DNA of 64,000 nt. Source: Octopus sinensis. Its lineage: Eukaryota. Positions within the stretch are counted from its first letter, which is position 1. Every line of letters begins with the position of its first letter. Shown piece after piece: positions 38,226 through 51,404 of the stretch. The DNA is taken from contig NC_043000.1 of NCBI RefSeq assembly GCF_006345805.1, positions 67,332,001-67,396,000 of the forward strand, written 5' to 3'. A program made the translations under genes and the position numbers. The notes beneath the pieces were generated by a model that was not told the origin of the DNA, did not search any database, and saw nothing but the letters and a program-made list of their open reading frames with translations.

Positions 38226-38770
38226 CGTGCAGAGGCTAGCGAATCAACATGGCGATCTGATTTCGGCCAGAAGTCAAAGATCAAACGTGAGACGCAAGAG
38301 CGAAATTAGGGGAGATAATAGGGTTAAATGACCTCGCTCCAACATAAGAGTGTGTGTGTGTGTATGAGAAGAGTGTGTGTGTGTATGAGAGAGTATTAGT
38401 GCGTATGAGAGGTCTGGACGTGTGTATGTATATGTGATGTGATGTGTAAAGTCGTATGGTGTAGTGTAGAGAGAGGAGATGAGGGAAGAGGGGGAGGGGA
38501 GGTGGAGAGGGGAGGGGAGGGGGAGAAAGAAAGGGGAGAAGAGGGGAGAAAGAAAGGGGAGAAGAGGAGGGGGAAGGGGAGAAGGAAGGAGAGGAGAAGA
38601 GGAGGGGAGAGAAGGGGAGAAGGAAGGAGAGGAGAAGAGGAGGGGAGAGTGTGTGTGTGTGTGTGTGTGTATGTATGTGTTATAAAGGAAGGAAACTAAA
38701 GTTCTTTGCTTCTTTTTTTATATATATATATATACATGCATATTATTTAATGAACACAATATGTTTTTAT

Positions 38771-38854
38771 GAGCTACTATTAGTTTCATGCTATGAAAGC
38801 AGCTCAGACAGCATTTTTTAACACGTCTGGTGCTTTAGTGCAATCATCAGGTTG
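38771..38854 (-). ncRNA. Hammerhead-like motif (family H1, long stem II; stem I decayed)
   Basis: CTGATGA ttgcactaaagc...gctttcatagcat GAAA ctaatagt a gctc. Homologous to 50453-50535 and 13255-13290. Confidence 0.55.
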
Positions 38855-38949
38855 TGTCCACATGGCATAACAAGCTAAAAACAGGATGAGGAAAAAAAAA
38901 CGCGAAAAGGCGAGAAGGAAGTAGATATAAAAGGTGGAAGGTTGCAAAA

Positions 38950-39145
38950 CCGGAAAACTGGACAGGTTTTATGAATGAAACCAACAAGCAGGTGAAGACC
39001 ACGAGCAAGATGGTTGGATGACGTCCAAGTGCTCGGTTGGTCTCGACTAAGATTTAGCCGGATCAATTGGAGCCGGTTGCTTCTGACAGAACTTGATGGA
39101 ACGTATGCTTTAAGACTCTGCTCCCACGACCCTTTCAGGAGTAAT
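38950..39145 (+). mobile_element. RTE (Expander/Rex3-like) LINE extreme 3' coding end
   Basis: RPRARWLDDVQVLGWSRL..LEPVASDRT..LKTLLPRP, read across frameshifts. Confidence 0.6.
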
Positions 39146-40201
39146 TGGGCGAAGTAGAAGAAATTGTTACTTGTCTTTACTTTTAAGTCCGTTGTTGATA
39201 GTGCAATAATCCTTTGCTTACTTCTCTCTTGTTCCACCGCAGTGTCTGGTTGAAATTAAGTTACGTTAGTAATTTTTCCAAGTTGAAATATTTCTATTTT
39301 ACATCGTTACTCAAGAGAAAATGCTGTAGATTGTGAGTTATAGAGTTCACTGAAGTCAAACTTGTTAAAACATTGCTTGTTCACAGATCCGTGTGCAGAT
39401 ATATTTTATTTAAGTAGTTTAACGACCTGGCGAAGTAATACATTGTAAAATAAGCACATGAGCAAAAGAATTATTTGAAAAAAATATCGTTATTTCATAT
39501 AAGAAAAAAGAAACTCTTCTAATGAATGCCGATATGTAATCATATCACAAATGTATGACAATTTGCCTGGTGTCAAAGAAATATGTTAATAAAACAACTA
39601 TTTCTCCTAACAAAAAACAAAAACAAGCAAAAGAAAAAAAAATCATTAATATTCAGTTAATAAATTATAGTAAATCAAAACGATAGCAAAAATATAATAA
39701 TGAAAACTTTCAAATCACTTTGAAAAATAGCTTTTAAAATTCAGAAATATCTTCATGAAAAATCGAATATAGTTTTGTGGAATTTATATCAGAGCAGAAA
39801 GCCATTCTTCCCTTAATTATTGCTTTCGGCACCAATAAGATATAACTATTTTTTCTATAAGGAAGTCGCTACTGTTGTGAGAAAGGGTAGTTGCAAGTTA
39901 ACTATAACTAGAATTTTAGAAGATGCTATATTACAACACGATAAAAATAAAGCCTACTGGCAATTTGACTGTTATTCTAGTCTTGCAGAAACTCTCAGGA
40001 AATCAGTTTTTGATTTTCATTCTCTGAAGCTATTAAACATTTATATTTTCATTTACTATTTTTGATAGAGTAAGATCAGTTTCAAAAACATTTTAGTAAA
40101 ATCAATTACTATGATAAAAGAAATTTGAAATGTATTAATATTCATGTTTACGCGCGCACGCGCACATACATCACACATATGTATATATATATATCTATCT
40201 A

Positions 40202-40248
<47 letters not shown>

Positions 40249-40405
40249 TTATTTATCTATTTATTTATTTATATAGATTGATAGACAGATAGATATATGT
40301 ATGCATATAAATAGAAATACGTATATATAAATATAGATATGTATGAATGTATATATATGTGTGTGTGTATGTATATATATATAAATATAAATATGCATGT
40401 ATGTA

Positions 40406-40485
<80 letters not shown>

Positions 40486-40489
40486 TACC

Positions 40490-40722
40490 AGATTAAACAG
40501 ATAAATGTGAAACAAAGCGGGAAAAGATAGTACTCGAATACCGGATGTAGAGTAATATGCTTTATTAATAAAGCTGCAAAGACATTGCAAAAACAGTTAC
40601 TCAGGGTTTCACGTTCACGTTCGTCGGACAGTTTCGGTTGGAAACCAAAACTGTCCGATGAACGGAAACGTGAAACTCTGAGTAACAGTTTTTGTGATGT
40701 TTTTGCAGCTTTCTTAATAAAG
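40490..40722. mobile_element. Family H2 element: hairpin of two opposed hammerhead motifs between microsatellites
   Basis: Arms 40560-40640 / 40643-40722. The plus-strand motif aaactgt CCGATGA acg-gaaa-cgt GAAA ctctgagt a acagttt is at 40648-40691, and the minus-strand copy at 40591-40634. Confidence 0.8.
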
Positions 40723-40761
40723 TATACACACACACACGCACACACACACACACACATACAT

Positions 40762-40802
<41 letters not shown>

Positions 40803-40855
40803 CTTATATATATATATATATAAAAATATATATGTATGTATATATATATATATAT

Positions 40856-40925
<70 letters not shown>

Positions 40926-42002
40926 TGTATATATGTATATATGCATGCATGCATGTATGTATGTATGTATGTATGTATGTATGTATGTATATATGTATAT
41001 ATGCATGCATGCATGTATATATGTATGTATGTATATTCTAGTGTTACCGTATCGTCAAAAATTTGACAATTTTATTAACAGTTACAAATAGCACATCAAT
41101 TTAAAACAAATGGAGAAAGCATTGATAAATTTCATGCCGAAATATTATAGTTCTTTTTTTATCCATTTTTAATTAAAACATGTAATAATTCATAAATGGG
41201 ATACTGCTTTTAAAAATATGACTACAGCTTATTTCCTCATTAATTTTTTTAATTTATTTCCTCATAACTATGTCAGAAGGGAACGTTTATAAACGAGATT
41301 TAGAAAGTTAGGCTCTGGAAGGTATATATTAAAATTATTTCGATAAGAATTCTTTAAAATGCTTTTGGAATAGTTTTGGCTTCTTTACTACCCACGCAGT
41401 CTTTTTTCCTCATAATTCTCTTCAAAAATGCATATTTCTCACCGAATTGTTATTACAGAAATATATTTTCGAGAGTGAAAATTACCAAATGTTGATGTTT
41501 CAAGCATAAGCATTTGAAGAAGCGGGAAAATATTAAAATTGAAGAAATTGATGATAAATTAGTGAGGAGAATGATTCGAAACTCTTTCATCCTTTTTGTC
41601 ACTTTTCTCTCCCTTCTTCTATTTTTCTCTTTCCTTCTCTCCACACACACACACGCACACACAGAGAATTAAATAGTAAACTATAGTTTTCTTATTTTTA
41701 AAAGTATTTTTCTATCTGTAGTGTGCATTGTTAGTTATTGATTACTGAATATGTTTCAGTCTGGAAGAGTAAAGTCATGCCGCGTGTATGCGCATCTACG
41801 GATGTGCGTGTGTATGTATCTGTACAATGGGAATCAGCAAGTTTCCGTGTATTAAATTCACTAACAAGTCATTGGGAGTAAATTTGAGAGAAGACACTTG
41901 CTCAAGATACTGGACACGAAATCATATTATTGAGAAGCGTACTTCCTGACCACACAAACATGCCTGCGTCTAGCATTGCCTGCGCGAGTATATATATATA
42001 TA

Positions 42003-42190
42003 GTCGGGATTCGTGGCGTTCAGTTACTCAATAAATGAAAAATGCATTAAATACTACAAAACGTACACCGTAGGACAGACACAGAAGGGCTTTAATTCTT
42101 CGATCCTTCTGTGTCTGTCCTACGGCGTACGTTTTGTAGTATTTAATACATTTTTCATTTATTGAATAACTCAACGCCACGCATCCCGAC
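42003..42190. repeat. ~85-bp-arm near-perfect inverted repeat after (TA)n
   Basis: gtcgggattcgtggcgtt...gtaggacagacacagaagg versus ccttctgtgtctgtcctac...aacgccacgcatcccgac. A third partial copy is at ~42850-42905. Confidence 0.85.
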
Positions 42191-42228
42191 TTCTGTTAAC
42201 AGTAAGTTTTTAAAATATTTTTTGCGAC

Positions 42229-42262
<34 letters not shown>

Positions 42263-42321
42263 GCTCTCGTTCTAATATTCCTTTTCTAGCATCCCTACTT
42301 CCTCTCTTGGTTCCCAACCGA

Positions 42322-42363
42322 AACTGTCCGATGAACGGAAACGTGAAACTCTGAGTAACAGTT
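42322..42363 (+). ncRNA. Family H2 hammerhead motif (isolated copy)
   Basis: aactgt CCGATGA acggaaacgt GAAA ctctgagt a acagtt, identical to 40649-40690. Confidence 0.7.
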
Positions 42364-43357
42364 CTCACTCGTCTTTTCACACTTAGTCGCAGACTTTCTC
42401 CCTTCCTTCTCCTGTTCTCTCTCTATCTCTTTCTCTCTCTGCCGCTCTCTCTCCCTCTCTCTCATCCTCCTTCCCTTCTATCTACTGCCCCCACGTGATC
42501 CGTGACTAATTTCCCCATCTCTGCCTTTTCTCCTTTGGACACCTAGATTGCCGGTCAACTTTTTATCCTTCCTTACTAATTCTCTTTTTTAATATTCATT
42601 TGAGGATTTTTTCTTGGCGTTACCCATCATTCTCGTATTTGGCCGAAACGCTTTATTTTTTGTCTTCGTTTATCGTTTCAAATTATATTTGTTTACTTTC
42701 GTACGTCCACCCTGTATTGTCTTGTTTTCTCGAGCCCTAATTCAACGCAAATCTTGCAGGTAGCACCGATATACGACGTTCTCAGTCTTATCGTTAAAGG
42801 CAAAAAAATGGGTATTAGTATTTTTCGGTCGATAACTAATGAAGAATTACGGTCCTTCTGTGTCTGTCCTACGTGTACGCTTTGTCGTATTTAATGCATT
42901 TTTCCTTATATATATTCTGGAAAGTTCTCTCTATACGTGGGATAGGTATATAAGAAAGAAAAGAAATGTAAGAGTCACAGAAAGTTTGTATAATATAATT
43001 TAGGTGATATTAGGATTATATTACATCATTACATCATTACAAATTAAATAAGTACCGGTTTCCCGATCAAACGATTGTCAACTTATATAGAGAAAACATT
43101 TTTGCTGTCAATAGGACGCCATCTTTGAAAAAGAGTGAACAAAGATGAAGCAATATGTCAAGGGGAGCAACTCTTATTTTTTCAAGAAGCTCTTCAGTGT
43201 TTTTGGCAAGCATACAGTTACAGGAGTCATTTCATTTTATACACAGTTAATTATATTACCGTACTAGGTTTTAAATATCAAGCAGTAATGTGTGTACGAG
43301 TGTATATGCATATATTTTATGCTCTAATATCCCATTTTCTCTCTTGTAATATATATA

Positions 43358-43395
<38 letters not shown>

Positions 43396-43456
43396 GTACA
43401 TACATACATAAATACATACATACATACATACATACATGCATACATACATACATACA

Positions 43457-43490
<34 letters not shown>

Positions 43491-43599
43491 CATATAAGTA
43501 TGAACAGTAATTTATACCTAAAAATTGTGGTTGGCATACATATATAACCTTTCCGTATATGTTAAAATTCCATAATTGATTAAAATAAGTCAGTCCAAT

Positions 43600-44330
43600 A
43601 GAAAATGAACGATAAAGCAATTGTCAAAATATGAATACTTTCTCCACAAGAGTCATGTCGGACCTCTCATGACTCAGGTTTGAATATGAATGGATGTCCA
43701 GGAGTCAGGTAATTAAGTGACAATTAGTAATACAATTAAAATGAATTGGTGTTTCGTTCAGGTTTGTATTTTTGGATGAAATATGTCTCTTTATTGAGTC
43801 CAGTCAGCAAATTTATATAGGGGGAATAGTGAATTTAGGTTGTATTTGTTTCGTACATACGTCGATATGTTCACTGGGATTAATTTGGCAGTATTGTGGT
43901 GAGGCTATCTGTTCACAATGCACCGTACAGCGTTGACGGGTAGAATTCCCCGTGCCTCCGACATAGTCTTTCTTACTGCCCGAGCATCTGATTACGTAAA
44001 TCAGATTTTTGGATGCACAAGTGAAATTTGATTTAATTGTAAAGTGTTGCTCTTGTTGAAAATAGTATTCTGACCCTTCCAATAGGTTGGAGCATGTACA
44101 ACAGCTGGGGCGATTACTTTTTTCTTCTACTTTGGGGTTTGTTGTGGAGAGGAATAATTTTGCAGTTTCTTACCCTACATTTCCACATACAACCCCAGAA
44201 ACAAAGAAGCATTCAGCACAATCATACAAAACCTACCAATACTACACAAGGACCAAAAACTAACAAGAATTTTACTTGACATTAAAATTGTCAAAAGCAA
44301 CAAACAACCTAAGTCATTATATATACAACT
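43600..44330 (-). mobile_element. Penelope-like GIY-YIG remnant with a 5' inverted segment
   Basis: Minus strand: CCTC..FTIKSNFTCASKNLIYVIRC..YVGGTG..RQR..H..YFIQKYKP. Plus strand 44160-44320: LPYISTYNPRN..IIQNLPIL..IVKSNKQPKSL, the upstream linker in the opposite orientation. Confidence 0.85.
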
Positions 44331-44467
44331 TAGAAAGAGAGAACATATTTCAGAGCTCAGTGTTCTTAATCACTCAATATATTTCACAGCATCGGAATAC
44401 TTCACCGTATACATAGGTGCACTCATACATATACATACATACATACATACATACATACATACATACA

Positions 44468-44503
<36 letters not shown>

Positions 44504-44664
44504 TACACGATAAAATAAATAAATATATAAATACATATAAATAATAAATGTACTTGCATGAGATCTTATGATATTGTATATCCGTATTAGAAATCAATGA
44601 AGATATTATAAGATGCACATGGTGAATGTAAAGCGGTAATCCAAATAGATGAAATGGTGGTATA

Positions 44665-46290
44665 AGATGATTTTAAGAAGAATCTTCAGCAGGTACAAAG
44701 TCTGTCGGCCGTTTCGAGAATATGGAAGTTGAAATGGGCGAATTATTTCCAAACATAGCAATCATCCACATTTCTCTCATCAGAGGTTATTTAAGAGGAT
44801 TTACAAAAGAATTTTTTTAATTTTAAAAAGCATAAGAATTTTTTTAAATTCGAATGCTGTACCTAAAGGATGTACTGTTCAGGCAAATGATATATAATAA
44901 CAGCTGAGTTGACATGTTTAAATAGATTATAAAACTATTGATAATAGTGTTTTCAGATGAATCCAAATGCACAAAGGATAAATAGATTAAAATTATATAA
45001 ACTAATTATTTTTGGAAAAAAATTAAACGTTGATAAATATTTATGTCTACAAAGAATTATGTCATCCGAAATCATACTGTGTAAATTTTTTTATTAGTAC
45101 AGAGTATAATGATTGATTCTTTTGTGCATAATTTACAATTTCAAACGTGTGTATTGTACGGTGAGATTTCCGTTATAATAGACCAATCCAAGCTGAATTC
45201 TTTATTACGCATTTTGATTTATTAAAGTGGGTAGCAAGTGCGGCCACACGACATTTCTTCTTGAACAGAATCCCTTTAAGGGACATAAATCTCGGTTATG
45301 GCAATTGCATGTTTATTTCCATGCTTCACCTTTATACTTTTGATATCTGTATTCTTATTATTATTCATATTGAGGCCAGCTATATTATCATCTCTATCGA
45401 TACCATTATTCCTAAGTTTTAATCTATTTTATTAGCCGCAGTTATTGATCCTGGATTAGGCGTAGTTGAGTACGATTTCAGGCAGGACCTATTAAAGATG
45501 TGATGATATATATTGCCTAACGGGAAATTCCTGTCAATAATCCTAAAAAATAATTTAGGGAGATTACTGACTTGGAAGGAAAAAGGAGGGGTGAACCAGA
45601 TAATTTCCCGTTTCCTCGCTGAGTTGTTCCTCATTTGTCCAGGATAATTATTATTATAATTAAATGAATTATAGTGTCTTCTATTACGGTGGCGGTCCTG
45701 ATGCTCGGGAGGTTCGTTCACGGAAGGGGTATCAATGCTTAATTTCGTAAGATTTGGAAAAAGTTTACCTAATTCATTTTTAAATAGTGTATTCTTAATA
45801 TATCTTCCTATCGAATCCATTGTTCTTCAATGCTGTATTATAAATGGGTGCAAAGTGATAAAAAAATCTTTTCTTTTGCAGATAAGTTAGAAATTCTTAT
45901 CGACACCCCTTTGACTACCCTACAAATAACACTTTGGGGATGATTGGATAAGGCGTGGATATAATTAATGGTTTTACTAGGCTTATGGTAAGGATAAAAT
46001 AAGCCATTGTCTAACTTTAATCTTACTTACAAAAAAATTAACACGTTTGGTGATGTTTTCAAATAGAATATCTAAGTCTTATATATTTAAAACAATCACT
46101 TGTAAAGAGGAGCCAGAAATAGCGAATAACGCATCATGATTTTATGAAGAATCTTCAGCAGGTAGAAAGTCTGACGGCCGTTTCGAGAATATGTATGTTG
46201 AGATGGGTGAATTATTTCCAACCATAGCAATCATCCACATTTCTCTCATCAGAGGTAATCTAATAGGATTTACAAAAGAGTTTCTTTTTA
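44665..46290 (-). mobile_element. 5'-truncated Penelope-like element with tandem ~150-bp pseudo-LTRs carrying hammerheads
   Basis: YPYHKP..YIHALSNHP, RKREIIWFTPPFS..FNRSCLKSYS, and WSII..CKLC..CRHK. Direct repeats 44665-44812 and 46136-46290 each contain CTGATGA...GAAAC on the minus strand. Confidence 0.9.
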
Positions 46291-46787
46291 TCAACATTTA
46301 AATCTTTTCCCAAAAGTAATTACTTTGTATGATTTTAACCTATTTACCCTTTGTGCACTTGGATTCATTCCCCTCAAATGTAAATACGAACGGAATAAAA
46401 CAAATTTCGCGTAAATTGGACAAGTATTTGTGGAGATAAACGGTGCATAATGGGAAAATATTCCAAAAATAATTTAATTCTGGAAGAAACTCTTACCTTT
46501 CCATTAGACACAGTGACTTGACAACGAAAAGATACGATTTGTTTTTTTACAGTAAATATTTATATTTTCACTTTTGCTAAACAGAATATTTTAATCATTT
46601 AGAAATATTTTTAAGTGAATGTGATTTCAAAAATGTAAATTGTTTGTACAGTAAATTTTTATATTTTAGCTTTCTTTAAACAGTTCAATGGGTTTTTTAA
46701 AAAATTATTTTCAAGTGAATACCTATACAAAAAAATTTCTTGGCATATTTTAAAAAATATTTAAAAGTGAAAATGACTTTAAAAATA

Positions 46788-47140
46788 CGGTAAATATTTC
46801 TTAAAAGACTCGTTCATAACCTCGGTGTGAAATAATTTTTTCCCTAGGTTTCTTGGATTGCATTCAACGTATCTCACCTCCAAAGACTTGGCTGCTATTT
46901 GTAGCACACCCTGCTACTACATAAGAGCTATTTGCGATAAAGGACCCGAAACACTTGTTAACGTGGTTGCAGGGTGTGCAAGAAATAACAGCCAAATCTT
47001 TCCTTTTCTGGGGAAAGGAGCTGTTTACGCGTGATTTCGATGACACATTCGTTGAAAGCATGCGAAATAACCTGGAAAAGAAAGAAAAACTCATGAAACA
47101 AAACTCCGTTGCTCGGAAACTCAGACTTTCCCAGTGACCC
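46788..47140. mobile_element. Second, 3'-incomplete copy of the 2866-3340 MITE
   Basis: Shares ggtaaatatttc..cctcggtgtgaaata and cagccaaatcttt..ggaaaggag..gtttacgc.tgatttcgatg..acattcgttgaa. Confidence 0.75.
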
Positions 47141-47174
47141 AACGGGTCATGGGTAGTCTTGTATAAGTATATTG

Positions 47175-47578
47175 GCACAGGCGTGGCTGTGTGGTAAGAA
47201 GCTTGCTTCTCAACTACATGGTTCGGGATCCAGTCTCACTGCGTGATACCTTGGGCAAGTGTCTTCTATAGCCTCGGGCTGATCAAAGCATTATGAGTGG
47301 ATTTGGTCGCCGGAAACTGAAAGAAGTCTGTCATATGTATATATACATGTATACATGTATGTGTTTATGTGTGTGTGCGTGTGTTTGTCTCCACCACCAC
47401 CATCGCTTGAAAACCAATGGTGTTGTGTTTACGTCCCCGTAACTAACGGTTCGGCAAAAGAGATCGATAGACTATGTACCAGAGTTACAAAGAATAAGCC
47501 CTGAGGTTCATTAATTCGACTAAAAGGTGGTACTTCAGCATGGCTGCAGTCAAATGTCTGAAACGAATAAAAAAATAA
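47175..47578 (+). mobile_element. tRNA-derived CORE-like SINE
   Basis: ggcgtggctgtgtggtaagaagc...ccttgggcaagtgtcttc...cagcatggctgcagtcaaatgtctgaaac. Confidence 0.88.
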
Positions 47579-47964
47579 AGGAAATTGAGAATCAAAACTG
47601 TTTGTCTGTCTGGTCTGGTTCTTTCTGTCTTTCCCTCTCTCTCTAAATGTATGTATATATGTATATATATATATGTATGTATATATATATGTATATACAT
47701 ATATATGTATATATATATGTATATACATACATACATATATACATACATACATACATACATACATACATACATACACACATACATACATACATATATATAA
47801 ATCTGAAATGCGAAAAGTTTGTTTGTCTGGTTTTGCCATTGGAACGGGTTAAAGGGCACTAGATCCTGTCGGATTCACTCCAAAATTTATAGGGACATGT
47901 AAAAAGAGGTAAAAAGTTGTGGTTACTAGGGCAAAAAACCCCACACTTTGACAAGTGTTTATCG

Positions 47965-48455
47965 TTTCTCGCTTTCTCTTATCTGCCTGTCTTCCTCCAT
48001 CTCTCTCTCTTTCCTCCCTTCCCTTCACTTTCTCTCTATAACGACGTTTGACAGCTTCTACTATCTTTCCCCCGCCGCCTTCGCCAGCTCTGTCAGTCTT
48101 TCTTCCACATCCTTTCTCTCTCTCTCTCGCTCTCTCTCTACGTCTGTCTGCATTCATAGAGAGAATTATTATCGCCACCATCATCACCACACAATCATGA
48201 GAACAAATATTATGAATTGTCATTTCGCACTTTCGCATATCTGCCTGTCTTCCCCCGTCTGTCTCTCTTTCCTCCATTCCCTCCAATTTCGATCTATAAC
48301 GACGTTTGACAGCTTCTACTATCTTTCTCCAGCCACCTTCGCCAGCTCTGTCACTCTTTCTCCCCCCTCTCTCTCTCTATCTCTCTCTCTGTACGGCTGT
48401 CTGCATTCATAGAGAGAATTATTATCGCCACCACTACCACCACCACACAATCATG
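47965..48455 (+). repeat. Tandem duplication with ~258-bp period
   Basis: tatctgcctgtcttcc..tctataacgacgtttgacagcttctactatcttt..ccttcgccagctctgtca..gtctgcattcatagagagaattattatcgccacca occurs twice. Confidence 0.85.
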
Positions 48456-48594
48456 AATCAGATATTTATTGGATTAATTTGTATACGTGTGTGTGTGTGT
48501 GTGTGTGTTATCTATATATAAATATGTATATATAATGTATATATACAAAGTGTATATATCTGTATTTATATATACATTTGTATATATCATGCGT

Positions 48595-48696
<102 letters not shown>

Positions 48697-49152
48697 CAAT
48701 TGAGGATAAAATCTTTAAAAGAAATTATCAGTAGTTAGCGTAACCTATTTTATCCTCAATTGTTAATTTATATTTTTTCACCGGAATAGTTCAATACTGA
48801 ATTTTTATTCCGAGTAGGCAATTTGGTACCGAAATGCATTGCGAATAAGCCCGCCATTTTCATAGATATGTAAAGATAAACATTCGTACATGCTACGACG
48901 AATTCTACGGTTGGCTATCGAGCTTGTAACGTTATGTTTTTTCTTATATTTCTTGAGTTTGTTGCACTGTTGAACATGAAATGCATATTCTGCATTAAAT
49001 GCGAAATCACAGGTGATATGTAACTGAATTCTTTTTTAAAATGATTTGCTTTGACGTTTTGCATTCGGTAAAATTTTGTTTATTTTAGTAGTTTTTACTG
49101 CATTGGTCCCTCTTAACGTGTGGTATCTACGAATAGTAGTACCCTCAATATA

Positions 49153-49208
<56 letters not shown>

Positions 49209-50009
49209 ATGTGTGCATTATTTGGTCGGTTGAGCTGAAAATATGCACACCTATGTTGAAAGTGCTGGCGAGTTTGCATGGCAACTATTTTTTTCCTCAA
49301 ATGAAAGGCGTGACCTCTAGGACAAAATTCCTCATCTTATAAAATGTGGCCCGAGTAGACCTGAATGAAATAGGGTTATTTTAACCAAAATGTGAAAAGG
49401 GGTCTAAATGAGGCTGGAAGGGGATTAAAATTTTCAGGAGCGAGTGTTTAGGAATTCTCTGTTACATGAAGCTAAAAAGTTTGCGCCGGCCTTTAAATCG
49501 TCAATGTGTTGCCGTCCATATGGCGAGGGATTTCTGTATATATACACACGTGTGAGTGTACAAGCGAAAGAAAATGCCGCTGAATACATTTGGCTGGAGT
49601 TACGTGTATTATTGAATGGCAAATTTAAACATTTGCCGCCTCGTAGAAACCCATATGCATGTGTGCATGTGTGTGTGTGTGTGTGTGTGTTTGTATGTGT
49701 GTGTGTACATATATATATACACACACACATACATATGTATTTATATATTATTCTTATTATTACTTTGTTAATTGTGTGTCGATGTGTAAATATGCGGCCA
49801 GAAAAACTTCTATCACTCTCCGTAAGTCAAACTACAGAAGTGTCGATGTATATTCATTTCTCTCAACTTATCTTATTTGAGTTATTTATATTTGTTGTTT
49901 AGCTTACAAACACTCCTTGAAAGAGGTTTTTTTTTGCCTACTAATTACTTGAAATATATCAGTTGATCAAACTTTTTCAATTCACTATATTACATATAGG
50001 GATTGAGAA

Positions 50010-50250
50010 GAATCCTTAGGGCGTCGGACAAAATGATTCACAGTGTTTGTTTCAACTCCCTGAATTCCGAGTTCACATCCTGCCGAAATCAACTTTATTT
50101 TTCACCCTTTTAGGGTCGATAAATAAGTACCTATCCAAAGCAATGGGCTAGCAGAACTGTATGACGTCGGACTAGAAGTCTTGGATATTTGTTTCGACTC
50201 TTTATATTATGAAGTCAACTCCCGCTATGGCTTACTTGGATGATAATTTT
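50010..50250 (+). mobile_element. Degenerate Meta-like SINE(s)
   Basis: gagttcacatcctgccgaaatcaactttatttttcacccttttagggtcgataaataagtacc. Confidence 0.65.
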
Positions 50251-50452
50251 GACCCGTCACTCTGTTTAATATCACCACATTAAGTGCCTTCACCGGAGTC
50301 CATCTTAGCCGGGTCATGGTCCGAAAGCTTGCTCCCGGACAAGGTTTCTGGTATGAGGATACCCTTCCTCTCGCCGGCTTCGGAGACTCTGTAACGAGTC
50401 ATTGATGAGATAAAAAAATACTCCACCCGTCGAGCGATAAATATATAGTTAT

Positions 50453-50535
50453 GAGCTACTAATAGTTTCATACACTGGAGATGTCTGGGCAGATTTTAAT
50501 AACACGCCTAGTGTCTTCAAGTAATCTTCGGGCTC
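50453..50535 (-). ncRNA. Hammerhead-like motif (family H1, long stem II)
   Basis: gagc CCGAAGA ttacttgaaga...tctccagtgtat GAAA ctattagt a gctc, with stem I gagc/gctc and stem III act/agt. Confidence 0.6.
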
Positions 50536-51404
50536 GGAGCACATGGCCTATAAATGTTACAAATCAAGACAATAGAATGTAGGAGGGTGAAAAAAAGAAA
50601 AAAAGAAAACAGAAAAAGAAATGGAAAACTAAAAAAAAGGGAATTAGAGTTATACTCTCTTTGACCGTAAAGCCATAAAGCTAGTTAGTGTAGAATCAAA
50701 GGAAGGGATGTAAAGTCTGCGATACAACCGCTCAAAGAGGATGGTGTTCTCCCATTCATCAAAAGAAACTTGTCCATATATTTGTATTTGCTGAAAATCT
50801 CTGATCTAAAGTTCAGCAGTGCGGTAGAATTCTTAGATCTAATGAGGATATGCGATCTTTCAGCTACTCATAATTTGCATTTTTTAGATCCATTAACATA
50901 TGGCTTGGATTTTTCTACGATTTTCATTTGATTGTGATGCGGCGTGGAGTTGATCTTGAAACCCCATACGTGGCTAGCCAACTTAGTGGCTTTACTGTTG
51001 TCCATAAGCCGGAAAAAAGACAGGTAGTTAGCTTAACGTCTTTTGAAGTTTTTTTTTATAGCTCTAAGCCTACATGATAACCTAACCGAAAAGAAGAATT
51101 ACATTGTGACACATACATACACATCACATACATACACAAACAGAAACTATAGAAACGCTTTGACTACAATATTTTTTTCTATACTTTGAGTTCTAACATT
51201 CGTAAATACGTTTGAAATTAGATTTACGTTTGTGCATTCTCTCTAGGTTTTGTAATTCTCATGATCACTGTAGCTAATTTACGAGCATTTGTTTGTACAC
51301 AGTTACAGCATTTGCATGCTGCATGGTTATTTTTTTCACATAAACCTGCAATTATTAGTATTCCACGACCCCACGATGAAGACTTATAAATAATTGCTTC
51401 TTAT

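Noticed and set aside
43650-43680. Hairpin gagtcatg/catgactc at the PLE 3' end as a hammerhead
   Set aside because: Both core segments are missing; it is only a simple stem-loop.
48840-49660. YY1-like cgccatttt motif, ccatatgg and a ggcaaat/atttgcc hairpin as a promoter or enhancer
   Set aside because: Short motifs like these are expected by chance, and there is no independent evidence of a TSS.
50280-50471. ORF with RRVEYFFISS...SDHDP resembling an AP-endonuclease C-terminus
   Set aside because: Its 5' part overlaps a non-coding hammerhead family repeated at 13255 and 38771, so the protein resemblance is probably coincidental. It is not fully excluded without a profile search.
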